From assembly GCA_021513715.1 (NCBI GenBank), contig CP084167.1:2085555-2117554 (forward strand): a stretch of 32,000 bases of DNA. The letters are read 5' to 3'. This document shows positions 1 to 8,882 of this stretch, piece by piece. Below the pieces are notes generated by a model that saw nothing but the letters and a program-made list of their open reading frames with translations, was not told the origin of the DNA and did no database searches. Position numbers and translations under genes: made by a program. Numbering within the stretch: the stretch's first letter is position 1; each line of letters begins with the position of its first letter. Origin of the DNA: Candidatus Heimdallarchaeum endolithica (lineage in GTDB: Archaea; Asgardarchaeota; Heimdallarchaeia; Heimdallarchaeales; Heimdallarchaeaceae).

Positions 1-55
1 CAGTCAACTTTTTTTGGAAGTGTTAATAAAATAAAAAAGAATAAAGAGAAACAGT

Positions 56-216
56 GTTAAACTTGGGCTAAGACAAGATTAAAATTATAAAGTGCTAAAA
101 GTTCTACAAGATTAAAAGAAGTTAAAATTGGACTAAGATAGGATTGAAATGACTTAATTAAAGAAATAAGCTGGTGTTGAATAATAGTTAAAATTGGACT
201 AAGATAGGATTGAAAT
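56..216 (+). CRISPR. Mini CRISPR array: 3 repeats (56-85 degenerate, 121-150, 187-216) and 2 spacers (35 and 36 nt). Repeat GTTAAAATTGGACTAAGATAGGATTGAAAT
   Basis: Two identical 30-mers at 121-150 and 187-216 differ by 1 nt from the reverse complement of the main array repeat. A third copy at 56-85 has 5 mismatches and correct 35-nt spacing. Confidence 0.88.
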
Positions 217-982
217 AGAAGTTTGAAAAGTCTCAGCAAATTGACGAGGATCAACCTTAGAACGAGAAGAACCAAAAGCGAAAACAGCCTTATCAAAACC
301 ACAAATATACAGAAAGGACTTAAAATAAGAACTAACCTCTTCAGAACGAAGAAAAGGAAAAAAAGGAGGAAAAGGAGGGAGAAAAGAAGACGGAAGAAGA
401 GATGAAGAATTAAAACGATGACGCATAAGGAGACGATAGGAAGGTAAAAAAGAATCAAAATAGGAAAAGAAAAAATCATAAAATTCCTCAAAAGAGAAAA
501 AAGAACTGAAAAAGGAAGAAGATAAAAAATTAAAATCTAAATCAGATAAAAAAAAGAATGCAAAATCAGATAAAAAATTAGGAAGAGAAAAATGCAAAAA
601 AGAAAAATGAGCATAAAATAAAGAAAAATTGCAAAGAGAAAATTTACGGGAAGAAAAAGAATCAAGGAAAAAGGAAAGAAAAGATTTCCAATTAAAATGA
701 GAATCAAAAAAATGAAAAGAGGAAGAAGAAAGAGAGAAAGGATCATTAAAGGAAATAAGTAAAAAAATGTCCCTTACAAAAAAAGAAAGAGAAGAGGGAG
801 AAGAGGAAGAAAGAAGAGAAAGAAAAGAAAAAAAATCAGGGGAAGAATCAATAAAAGTCTGAAGTAAAAAAACAAATTGAGGATCGTGAAGAAAAGAAAA
901 AGAATCGATAACAGAAAAAGTAGGAGAAAAAGCAACCATAAAGAAAAAAGGAAAAGGAAATATATAAAGATAAAAGAAGAAA

Positions 983-1067
983 TGGTGCGGGGAGAGAGAT
1001 TCGAACTCTCGAACCACTAAGGACTGGATCCTAAGTCCAGCGCCTTTGACCGCTCGGCAATCCCCGC
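983..1067 (-). tRNA. tRNA-Leu (anticodon TAG), CCA encoded, no intron
   Basis: Minus strand GCGGGGA...TCTCCCCGCACCA with acceptor, long variable arm, T-arm GTTCGAATC, and anticodon loop containing TAG (plus CTA at 1031-1033). Confidence 0.93.
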
Positions 1068-1310
1068 GAAAGTTGAAGCAAATGAACAAAGTAGGAAACG
1101 AGAAGCTTTTCTATATGGATTAAGAAACGAGTTAACATCTATTTTTTAAATTTATCTCTGTAAGATAATAAAAGAATATAAAGAAAATAATTATTAAGAA
1201 GAGGACACGACAAACAAAAATATTAAAAATCAATTTAATTCTATCAGTTCAAAAAGACAAAAAGACAAAAAGACAAAAAAAAGTAAAAATGGAGAAAAAT
1301 GCAACTAGAA

Positions 1311-1418
1311 GCCCCGATGGTGTAGCTCGGCCAATCATAATGGACTTTCACATGCTAAAGTCCGCGGATGTGGCAGGAATATCCATTGACCCGGGTTCAA
1401 ATCCCGGTCGGGGCACCA
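1311..1418 (+). tRNA. tRNA-Glu (anticodon TTC) with about 30-nt intron (about 1351-1380) at position 37/38; CCA encoded
   Basis: Acceptor GCCCCGA/TCGGGGC; anticodon stem ATGGA/TCCAT interrupted after CTTTCA; T-arm CCGGGTTCAAATCCCGG; 3' CCA. Confidence 0.9.
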
Positions 1419-1704
1419 AGTTCCTATTTTAATTAGTTTATAGAAAATTAAGGTTACGAGGTTAATTGGTAACAAAACAAAATAGTAACCTTCTCCTGTA
1501 ATTCTGCTTCTAAACAAAAAATCAAGTTAAGAATTAACAGTTAACCTAGAAGATTTTTAGACCAAAATTTTGAATTAAAAAATCTTGTTTGAGAATGTAA
1601 TAATAGAAGAGAAGAAATTAGAAGATGAAAACTTGAGCTCTTGATCACCAGAACATTTATCCAGAAATAGATTATAAGAGATGAGTCTTGATTTAAAATC
1701 ACTG

Positions 1705-1867
1705 TAACTATCTTTTTACAAGTTTGAAAACAGTTAAAACTAAAGAAAATTACTCTTTATTTAAAATCATCAAAACTAGTGTTTAACCCCTTTTTCGCAA
1801 AAATTTATTAATAAAAAAAATGTCTATTTTTTATGCTTTTTACTTTTAAAAAAAGAAAAAATAATTC
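1705..1867 (+). repeat. 163-bp perfect direct repeat, copy 1 (5' region and first codons of beta-helix gene 1)
   Basis: Identical base by base to 4606-4768 at an offset of 2901 bp. Confidence 0.93.
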
Positions 1868-3212
1868 ATTCATGCTTTTACTGTTCGTCTTTTCTTCTCT
1901 CATGCTCTTTTCTCCTGATTTTAATCTAGTCACTTCTTCTGCTTCAAGTTCAGGTACCTTTCCTCCTCCTGATGGTATTTGGAACATTACCGAACCTACA
2001 GTTGTTGAAAACGAGTTTATTAAACTTACCAACAGAGTTGATATCAAGGACGAAGGCTCTCTTATTCTTCGTAACTGTTTTATTGTTATTGAACATGATC
2101 GAGTAGGTTCTCTCGGTATTTATGCTATAGACAATTCTTCTTTAGCGATCTATGATACTACTATCCTAACTTACACTGACAGTCCTTGGTATATTGGTGT
2201 AGATAATAATGCCCATCTTCATCTTGAGGGTTCCACTCTTATTGGAGGGTCGGATAGAACTTATTCACGCGAATTGATACGATTATACAGTTCTGATAAT
2301 ATCGTTATTAACAATTTTATCACTCATACTCGGGGAGCAATAGATATCCAATACGGTTCTCACAACTTGGTTAGTGGTAACAACATTTCTCATAATAGTG
2401 CAAGCAGTATTGATATGACTGAAAGTTGTTTTAACGTTATTACTAATAACTACATATCGTATATTAGTTCATTGGCAATTCGTAGTTCAGGACATAATAA
2501 CATCATAACAAATAATACTATTACTTATACCAGGTATGAAGGAATAAGCGTAAGTGGGGATAATAACACCGTTACTGATAACGTTATTTCCGAGAGCAGA
2601 AGAAATGGCTTGGGTGTAGGTGGATCTAACAATCACCTTTCTTCTAATATGTTGTTCAATAATAGCAACTATGGTCTATATATTTACAAATCTGCTTCTA
2701 ACAACTTTATCTCTCGTAATGTTTTTTTCAAGAACAATCAAGGTAACAACCTTTCTCAAGCTTTTGATGATGGGGTAAATAACACTTGGTTTGACCCCGT
2801 CTATTCTATTGGCAATTATTGGTCAGATACCGATGGTTCTGAACCTTACCCTATCGATGGTGCGGCTAAAGCTTTTGACCCTTTTCCTCGTGGAAGCGAT
2901 TTCGACGAAGATAACCTTCTGGATTATCTTGAAGATCATGTTTATGGTACTGACCCCTGGAATCCTGATTCGGATGGAGACCTTTTACCTGACGGTTGGG
3001 AAGTTCATTATGGTTCTGACCCTTTAACTCCTGATGCTTATCTTGATTTTGACGGCGATGGTTTGACCAACCTTGAAGAATTTTATAACCATACCAATCC
3101 TTTAGTTAAAAATCAGATGATGCTCTTAGCGATAGTTCTCTCTCCCCTATCTTTTGTTTCACTTTTCTCGCTTAAAAATCTCCTCCGTTTTTTAAAAAAT
3201 AGGAGAAAATAG
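1833..3212 (+). CDS. Secreted/membrane-anchored parallel beta-helix (NosD/PbH1-like) protein with calcium-binding DxDxDG motifs and C-terminal TM segment
   Basis: 459-aa ORF; N-terminal hydrophobic signal; repeated NNxVxxNNI motifs; DSDGDLLPDGWEVHYGSDPL and DFDGDGLTNLEEF motifs; hydrophobic C-terminus followed by KNRRK. Confidence 0.85.
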   Translation: MLFTFKKRKNNSFMLLLFVFSSLMLFSPDFNLVTSSASSSGTFPPPDGIWNITEPTVVENEFIKLTNRVDIKDEGSLILRNCFIVIEHDRVGSLGIYAIDNSSLAIYDTTILTYTDSPWYIGVDNNAHLHLEGSTLIGGSDRTYSRELIRLYSSDNIVINNFITHTRGAIDIQYGSHNLVSGNNISHNSASSIDMTESCFNVITNNYISYISSLAIRSSGHNNIITNNTITYTRYEGISVSGDNNTVTDNVISESRRNGLGVGGSNNHLSSNMLFNNSNYGLYIYKSASNNFISRNVFFKNNQGNNLSQAFDDGVNNTWFDPVYSIGNYWSDTDGSEPYPIDGAAKAFDPFPRGSDFDEDNLLDYLEDHVYGTDPWNPDSDGDLLPDGWEVHYGSDPLTPDAYLDFDGDGLTNLEEFYNHTNPLVKNQMMLLAIVLSPLSFVSLFSLKNLLRFLKNRRK

Positions 3213-3611
3213 TCTCTTTCTCTTATCTTCATCTTGTCTTTTTCTATAGATTTTTATCTTATTTTTCTTCTTTGTTTCTTTCCTTTATTATGAGTTGAAA
3301 TTTTCGTAATTTCTTCATGACTCTACCCAACCAGGCAACAAATCAGTGTTATCTGATTGTGAGGACTGGGTTAAGAGAATATAGATGGTTTTTCTACTCA
3401 ATATTTACTATCCTGCTGTTTAGGTTACTTCCTCTTCATTCTGTACTTTTTAGCTACTCTCTTTCTAAGTTTCCTAGGGTGTGGTTGTTTTTTATGTTTA
3501 TTACTTATTTTTAGTAACTAGTCTTTTAGAGTATTATTAAGATAGTTCTAATTAGTCATAACACTTCTTAATAGATAAAATTTATAAATATTTATTGAGA
3601 TTTTCGTTTTA

Positions 3612-3806
3612 ATGTACAGTAAAAAAAAGGAAAAGGATTTTCATAAGCAATTAACACAAAAGAGGAGAAGTATGAGCCTATATTCTACAGCAGTAAAACT
3701 TGCTGAATATGGGGAAGCTGAGGCTAGTATAAAGACTCCACCAAAAAGAAAAACCTCTAAGTATGTGAGTAAAAAAAACTGGTCGAGATGGAAGTCTTTT
3801 GTTTAG
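3612..3806 (+). CDS. Small basic hypothetical protein (64 aa)
   Basis: ORF only, no recognised motif. Confidence 0.35.
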   Translation: MYSKKKEKDFHKQLTQKRRSMSLYSTAVKLAEYGEAEASIKTPPKRKTSKYVSKKNWSRWKSFV

Positions 3807-3890
3807 ATTATTTGTACTGTTTTAGGATCCTCGATTCTTTATGTAATTGCTCTTAAAAAGTATCCTACAAACAGCCTTGTTTACCTATTT

Positions 3891-4367
3891 ATGTTCACTA
3901 TTTTGGGTATTTTTACTGTGAACCTTGGAGTTGGGCTGTTGTTTAAGTATCTTTCAAGTGGTGCATATAGCATAAGTAGACTTTTTTTTGAATTTTTTTA
4001 TATAATAGCAATAATCGTAGCTACTATTTCAGCATTATATTTACCAACTGTTATTGTTCTTCTAGTAGTAGGAAAAAGTGTAGATTGGCTTAAATATCTC
4101 TTTATTATAGCCTTAATTGTTTTTCCTATTGCCTACGTAATTGGTTTATTATTTAATCATATAAAGGAGACAGGTTTGTCAGTTAGAGAATATTTCTCTT
4201 ATCTTTTTAATCGTGAGAGAAAAAATGAAGAAAAAAGAAAAGCTACAAAACAAATTAACAGGTATAATGATTTTTATAGCGGCCTTAATAGAATTCAAGA
4301 AAATTATAAGAGTAGAACTAGTAAAAAGTTAAGAGCAGAGGATTTACTCTCCAGTTCGTCAGAATAA
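3891..4367 (+). CDS. Hypothetical multi-pass membrane protein with charged C-terminal tail
   Basis: 158-aa ORF with three to four hydrophobic segments and a K/R/E-rich tail. Confidence 0.55.
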   Translation: MFTILGIFTVNLGVGLLFKYLSSGAYSISRLFFEFFYIIAIIVATISALYLPTVIVLLVVGKSVDWLKYLFIIALIVFPIAYVIGLLFNHIKETGLSVREYFSYLFNRERKNEEKRKATKQINRYNDFYSGLNRIQENYKSRTSKKLRAEDLLSSSSE

Positions 4368-4511
4368 CAAAGCGTTTTTTTGTTGTTAGTTACGAGAATA
4401 CAGTGAATATGAGCTAACAATTATTGGTCATAATAATTAGATTATTTATTCAAATAGTAAAATATGCATATCTTCCCAGAAGAAAGAACTGAAAAAGCCT
4501 CAAAACAAAGG

Positions 4512-4550
4512 AAAATGGTGGCGGAGAGGAGACTTGAACTCCTGATCACC
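4512..4550 (-). repeat. 3'-terminal fragment of tRNA-Pro (T-arm, acceptor 3' strand and CCA), candidate attachment-site copy
   Basis: 39 nt identical to 6907-6945 at the 3' end of the intact tRNA-Pro; no 5' half present. Confidence 0.88.
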
Positions 4551-4605
4551 AGAACATTTATCCAGAAATAGATTATGAGAAAAGAGTCTTGATTTAAAAT
4601 CACCA

Positions 4606-4768
4606 TAACTATCTTTTTACAAGTTTGAAAACAGTTAAAACTAAAGAAAATTACTCTTTATTTAAAATCATCAAAACTAGTGTTTAACCCCTTTTTCGCA
4701 AAAATTTATTAATAAAAAAAATGTCTATTTTTTATGCTTTTTACTTTTAAAAAAAGAAAAAATAATTC
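4606..4768 (+). repeat. 163-bp perfect direct repeat, copy 2 (5' region and first codons of beta-helix gene 2)
   Basis: Identical to 1705-1867. Confidence 0.93.
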
Positions 4769-6119
4769 GTTCGTGCTTTTACTTGTGATTTTTTCTTCTC
4801 TCTTGCTCTTTTCACCTACTTTTAGTCCTATAGTTACTTCTTCTTCCTCTTCTGGAGTCTTTCCTCCTCCTGCAGAGGGTAGATGGAACATTACCGAACC
4901 TACGGTAGTGGAAAACGAGTTTATACACCTTACCAACGACATTTCTGTTAGGGGAGAAGGCTCTCTTATTCTTCGTAATTGTTTTATTGTTGTTGAACAC
5001 GACGAAATAGGTTATATAGGGATTACTGCCACAGACAATTCTTCTTTAGAGATATACGATACAACCATTCTAACTTACACCGATAGCCCGTGGACTATTG
5101 TCATATATGAAAATGCTCATCTTCACCTTGAGGATTCCACTCTTATTGGTGGGTGGAACAGGACTTATTCTCGCGATTTAATACGTTTATACAGTTCTAA
5201 CAATGTTGTTATTAACAACTTTATCACTCATACCGAGGGGGCAATAGAGATCCAATACGGTTCTCACAACTTGGTTAGTGGTAATAACATTTCTTACACT
5301 AGATGGGCAAGTGGCATTGATATGACCGACACTTGTTTTAACGTTATTACTAACAACCACTTGTTGTATAGTGGAACACATGGAATTTATGGTTCAGGAC
5401 ATAATAACATTATATCAAATAACACTATTATTTATACCAAGTATGATGGGTTAGCACTAAGTGGGGATAATAACACCGTTACCGATAACGTTATTTCCGA
5501 GAGCAAAGAAAGTGGCTTGTCCGTAAGTGGTTCTAACAATCACCTTTCTTCTAATATTTTGTTTAATAACAGCAAGTATGGAATGTATATTTACAAATCT
5601 GCTTCTAACAACTTTCTCTCGCGTAACGTTTTTTTCAAGAACAATCCGACTAATAATCTTTCTCAAGCAATTGATGATGGGGCGAATAACACCTGGTTTG
5701 ACCCCGTCTATTCTATTGGTAATTATTGGTCTGATACTGATGGATCTGAACCTTACCCTATCGATGGTGCGGCTAAAGCTTTTGACCCTTTTCCTCGTGG
5801 AAGCGATTTCGACGAAGATAATCTTCTGGATTATCTTGAAGATCATGTTTATGGTACTGACCCCTGGAACCCTGATTCGGATGGAGATCTTTTACCTGAC
5901 GGTTGGGAAGTTCATTATGGTTCTGACCCTTTAACTAATGACTCTTATCTTGACCTTGATGGTGATGGTTTAACCAATCTTGAAGAATTTTATAACCATA
6001 CCAATCCCTTAATCAAAAACCAAATAATGTACTTGATAATCGTTCTCACTCCTTTATCCTTCGTTTCTATTTTCTCAGTTAAAAATCTCCTCTTTCTTTT
6101 AAAAAATAGGAAAAAATAG
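4734..6119 (+). CDS. Paralog of the 1833-3212 beta-helix protein, same architecture
   Basis: 461-aa ORF collinear with the first copy, with the same DSDGDLLPDGWEVHYGSDPL motif and C-terminal TM segment. Confidence 0.85.
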   Translation: MLFTFKKRKNNSFVLLLVIFSSLLLFSPTFSPIVTSSSSSGVFPPPAEGRWNITEPTVVENEFIHLTNDISVRGEGSLILRNCFIVVEHDEIGYIGITATDNSSLEIYDTTILTYTDSPWTIVIYENAHLHLEDSTLIGGWNRTYSRDLIRLYSSNNVVINNFITHTEGAIEIQYGSHNLVSGNNISYTRWASGIDMTDTCFNVITNNHLLYSGTHGIYGSGHNNIISNNTIIYTKYDGLALSGDNNTVTDNVISESKESGLSVSGSNNHLSSNILFNNSKYGMYIYKSASNNFLSRNVFFKNNPTNNLSQAIDDGANNTWFDPVYSIGNYWSDTDGSEPYPIDGAAKAFDPFPRGSDFDEDNLLDYLEDHVYGTDPWNPDSDGDLLPDGWEVHYGSDPLTNDSYLDLDGDGLTNLEEFYNHTNPLIKNQIMYLIIVLTPLSFVSIFSVKNLLFLLKNRKK

Positions 6120-6278
6120 TAAATTTCCTTATTTCCAATTCTTTTGTTTTTTTTCCTTTTCGTTTTGTTTTGTTTATTTTTTGCTAGTTCAAATGAAAAT
6201 AATAGTGATAATGATAATGATAGTGATAGTTTTAGAGATAGTGATAGACTTTATTTTTCTTTTCTTTTAAATTTGATA

Positions 6279-6875
6279 TTATAATTCTTTACTGTAGTTT
6301 AGCAGTGTTTGGTACATGTTTTTTTCCTTTTCTTTTTCTATGTATATTCTCCTTTCTTTTACATTTTCTTTTATATAATCTAGTGATAATTCTACTACTC
6401 TTACTTTGTTTATTTTTTCTTTCTTTAGTTGTTCTTTCATTTTTCTTTCCAATATTTGTCTTTCTTTCTCTGTTTCTACTGGTACTTTGTTTATTATCAC
6501 ATCAATTGGATCGATGAATGTACTCTCTGGAAATTTTTTTATTTGTTCTATTTCTTCAGTTAGATCTTCCAAAGGGGGAATACAGACACAAACTAATTTA
6601 TCTGATAGCAGTAAAACACTCATTATTTCGGTGTTCGTTATACTTGGAGAGTCTATCAACACTATTTCATATTTCTTCCGCAGATAAGCTAGTAAATTTC
6701 TTATAAAGTTTGCAAAATCTTTATGATGATAGTCTCTATCTTTGTTAATTAGATCTTCTATTGTTGCTGGAGCAGTAGGGATAATGAAATCTACTCCATA
6801 ATCGTTTGTAATTATACTTTTCTTAATTATTGTATCAACCGTTTCTAGTTCAAGGTTGTTTCTATAGTTCTGCAT
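6279..6875 (-). pseudogene. 5'-truncated ParA/MinD-family ATPase-like ORF
   Basis: KKYEIVLIDSPSITNTEIMSVLLLSDKLVCVCIPP matches the internal/Walker B-like region of ParA/MinD ATPases, but the N-terminal KGGxGKT P-loop is absent. The ORF begins 36 bp from the tRNA-Pro 3' end. Confidence 0.6.
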
Positions 6876-6910
6876 ATGAACTTAGAAAAAAACGTTAAAA
6901 TCACATAAAA

Positions 6911-6987
6911 TGGTGGCGGAGAGGAGACTTGAACTCCTGATCACCTGGTCCCAAACCAGGGGCCATACCAAGCTAGACTACCCCGCC
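6911..6987 (-). tRNA. tRNA-Pro (anticodon TGG), CCA encoded, no intron
   Basis: Minus strand GGCGGGG...CTCCGCC-A-CCA; anticodon stem CCTGG/CCAGG with loop TTTGGGA; T-arm GTTCAAG. Confidence 0.93.
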
Positions 6988-7155
6988 AGTGCTTTTAGTT
7001 GGCGTTTTTGCCATTTTTCTTTTTTCTTTTTTGTCAATTTTTTCTTTTTCTTGACGGATTACTGCTTCCAAATTATTAATTAAAGTTTTCGCTTTCTGAT
7101 AGTTACAATTTTTCTTTTTCCCTCCCATTGCTTCTTTTCTCTTTTTTCTTTATTT

Positions 7156-8775
7156 TTATTTGAATAGTTCTACATTTTCTATCATTATTTTCATGTCTTC
7201 TATTAACCAATTATTGCATTGTAACCACATTTTTCCTTCTATAAATGCTTTTATTACTTCTTCTGTTGTCAATTGTTTTGTCATCACACTTGGTTCATAC
7301 TCTCTACTGTCTCTATCTTTTGCTCCGAATATATGGCTTATTTCATGTTGTACCAGGCTTTCTGCCCATTCATCTATCACTGTTACTTGTATGTATCCCA
7401 TTCCTGCTTCATTTAGTGCTTTTTGCAGGTAATTTGATTGAGCGAAGTGGAAAGCTGCATTTTCTCCTCCAAATATAAATCCGAAATGTTCTCCTGTTTT
7501 ATTTGTGAAAGCGTTTAGCATATCGAACCCATTATTTTTTTCTGATCTTCCTTTTTCTACTATCCACTCTTGTTTTAATCCCAACAATTTTTCTGCATCT
7601 TTTATTGCTTTTTCATGCATCTCATCTAAGCTTACTATTTTGTTTTCACTTTCTAGTTTCCACTCTACTCTTACCAGTGGTATTAGTTTTATACCCAGGT
7701 TCTTCTCGAAATATTTTGATGCTCTTTCTACTGCTATCTCTGTCTCGTTTCTTATTTCCTCTCCTTGTGCTATTTTCCAGTTATTATCTAATATTGCTAT
7801 GAAAATCTTTTTTTCGTAAGCCCTTATCGACACGTTGTCAATTATTATTTCAAAATCTTTTTTTATTTCTTCTGTTGTTGTTATTTCTATTGATATGTTT
7901 GCTTCTTCATTTTCTTTTTCTTCTTCTTCTTCTTCTTCTATTTCTCCAAAAATTATTTTTTGATGCATTTTGCTTTTTTCATCTATTTCTTGCACGTGTT
8001 TTCTTTCTTTATTGTTAATTTTCACACTTAATTTTACTTTACTCTCATTTTCACTTACTACTTTTACATCCATTTCTAGGTAGTGTATATTTTTTAGTTT
8101 AATTTTCTGTGTCATAGTCAATATAGATGTTTGATTTGTTTCTGTCTTTTCCTCATTTTTTCTTAAGATTAGTGCTTTTCCCTCTGTATACTCATTTTCT
8201 TTAAAATTTAGTGTAAATTTTTCTTTATTGTATTCTATTATCCAATAATCTCCTTCTTGTTCAAAATTTCCATTTTTTATTCTTTCTTCTTCTTCTCCAT
8301 GTTTTATAACGAAATTTGCATTTAATCTATGCTTGATTATTTTTCTTCCAATTTTTAACTCTAGGCGTTCTATTTCATAATTTCCCACGTTTAATGCATA
8401 ATATCCTTTTTCATTTTTAATTAACGGTTTTAACGATACTGTAATGTTTGTTCTTTTTGTTTTTAAATTATCTATTTCTATTTTTTCTATGTCTGCTTTG
8501 AACACTCCCTCATAAGAGTAATTTTCTGATTTTATCCCCACCAGACAATAATCTATTTCTGAGATTTCTTCTATTTTTCTATTCATCTGGACTTTTAATG
8601 TCACATTTTCTCCTTTTATGTACTCTTTTTCAAGAAAAATCTCTTCTACTTTTACTAGTTGAATGTTTGTTACTATCAATATTGTTGCTGCTGACGCAAC
8701 TATTATTATACCTATGATTTCTAGTGCGCTGATTGACTTTGAGATTTTTCTCTTCATTATATTCTTTTCTCTCAT
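7156..8775 (-). CDS. Secreted or surface zinc metalloprotease, metzincin-like (HExxHxxGxxD), with pilin-like N-terminal hydrophobic segment
   Basis: 539-aa ORF with LVQHEISHIFGAKD near the C-terminus; N-terminus SKSISALEIIGIIIVASAATILIVTN. Confidence 0.75.
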   Translation of the reverse strand: MREKNIMKRKISKSISALEIIGIIIVASAATILIVTNIQLVKVEEIFLEKEYIKGENVTLKVQMNRKIEEISEIDYCLVGIKSENYSYEGVFKADIEKIEIDNLKTKRTNITVSLKPLIKNEKGYYALNVGNYEIERLELKIGRKIIKHRLNANFVIKHGEEEERIKNGNFEQEGDYWIIEYNKEKFTLNFKENEYTEGKALILRKNEEKTETNQTSILTMTQKIKLKNIHYLEMDVKVVSENESKVKLSVKINNKERKHVQEIDEKSKMHQKIIFGEIEEEEEEEKENEEANISIEITTTEEIKKDFEIIIDNVSIRAYEKKIFIAILDNNWKIAQGEEIRNETEIAVERASKYFEKNLGIKLIPLVRVEWKLESENKIVSLDEMHEKAIKDAEKLLGLKQEWIVEKGRSEKNNGFDMLNAFTNKTGEHFGFIFGGENAAFHFAQSNYLQKALNEAGMGYIQVTVIDEWAESLVQHEISHIFGAKDRDSREYEPSVMTKQLTTEEVIKAFIEGKMWLQCNNWLIEDMKIMIENVELFK

Positions 8776-8882
8776 TTCAATAATTAAAACGTTTTTAATC
8801 AGTAAAAAGTAATAAAATTCAATTTTTCAAAAAAGAACTTAAAAAGAACTAAATTATCCATTCAGTTCATTATTTTTTAATT

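Noticed and set aside
1335-1517. 60-aa ORF with PDRDLNPGQ
   Set aside because: It is the antisense translation of tRNA-Glu, a common false ORF signature.
5187-5846. Antisense ORFs (64 and 129 aa) and the +1-frame 135-aa ORF at 5527-5934
   Set aside because: They overlap the well-supported beta-helix CDS and mirror its repeats. A matching shadow ORF occurs in the first copy at 2791-3027.
7160-7819. Several plus-strand ORFs opposite the metalloprotease
   Set aside because: Leucine/serine-rich shadow ORFs of a K/E-rich coding strand, with no motifs.
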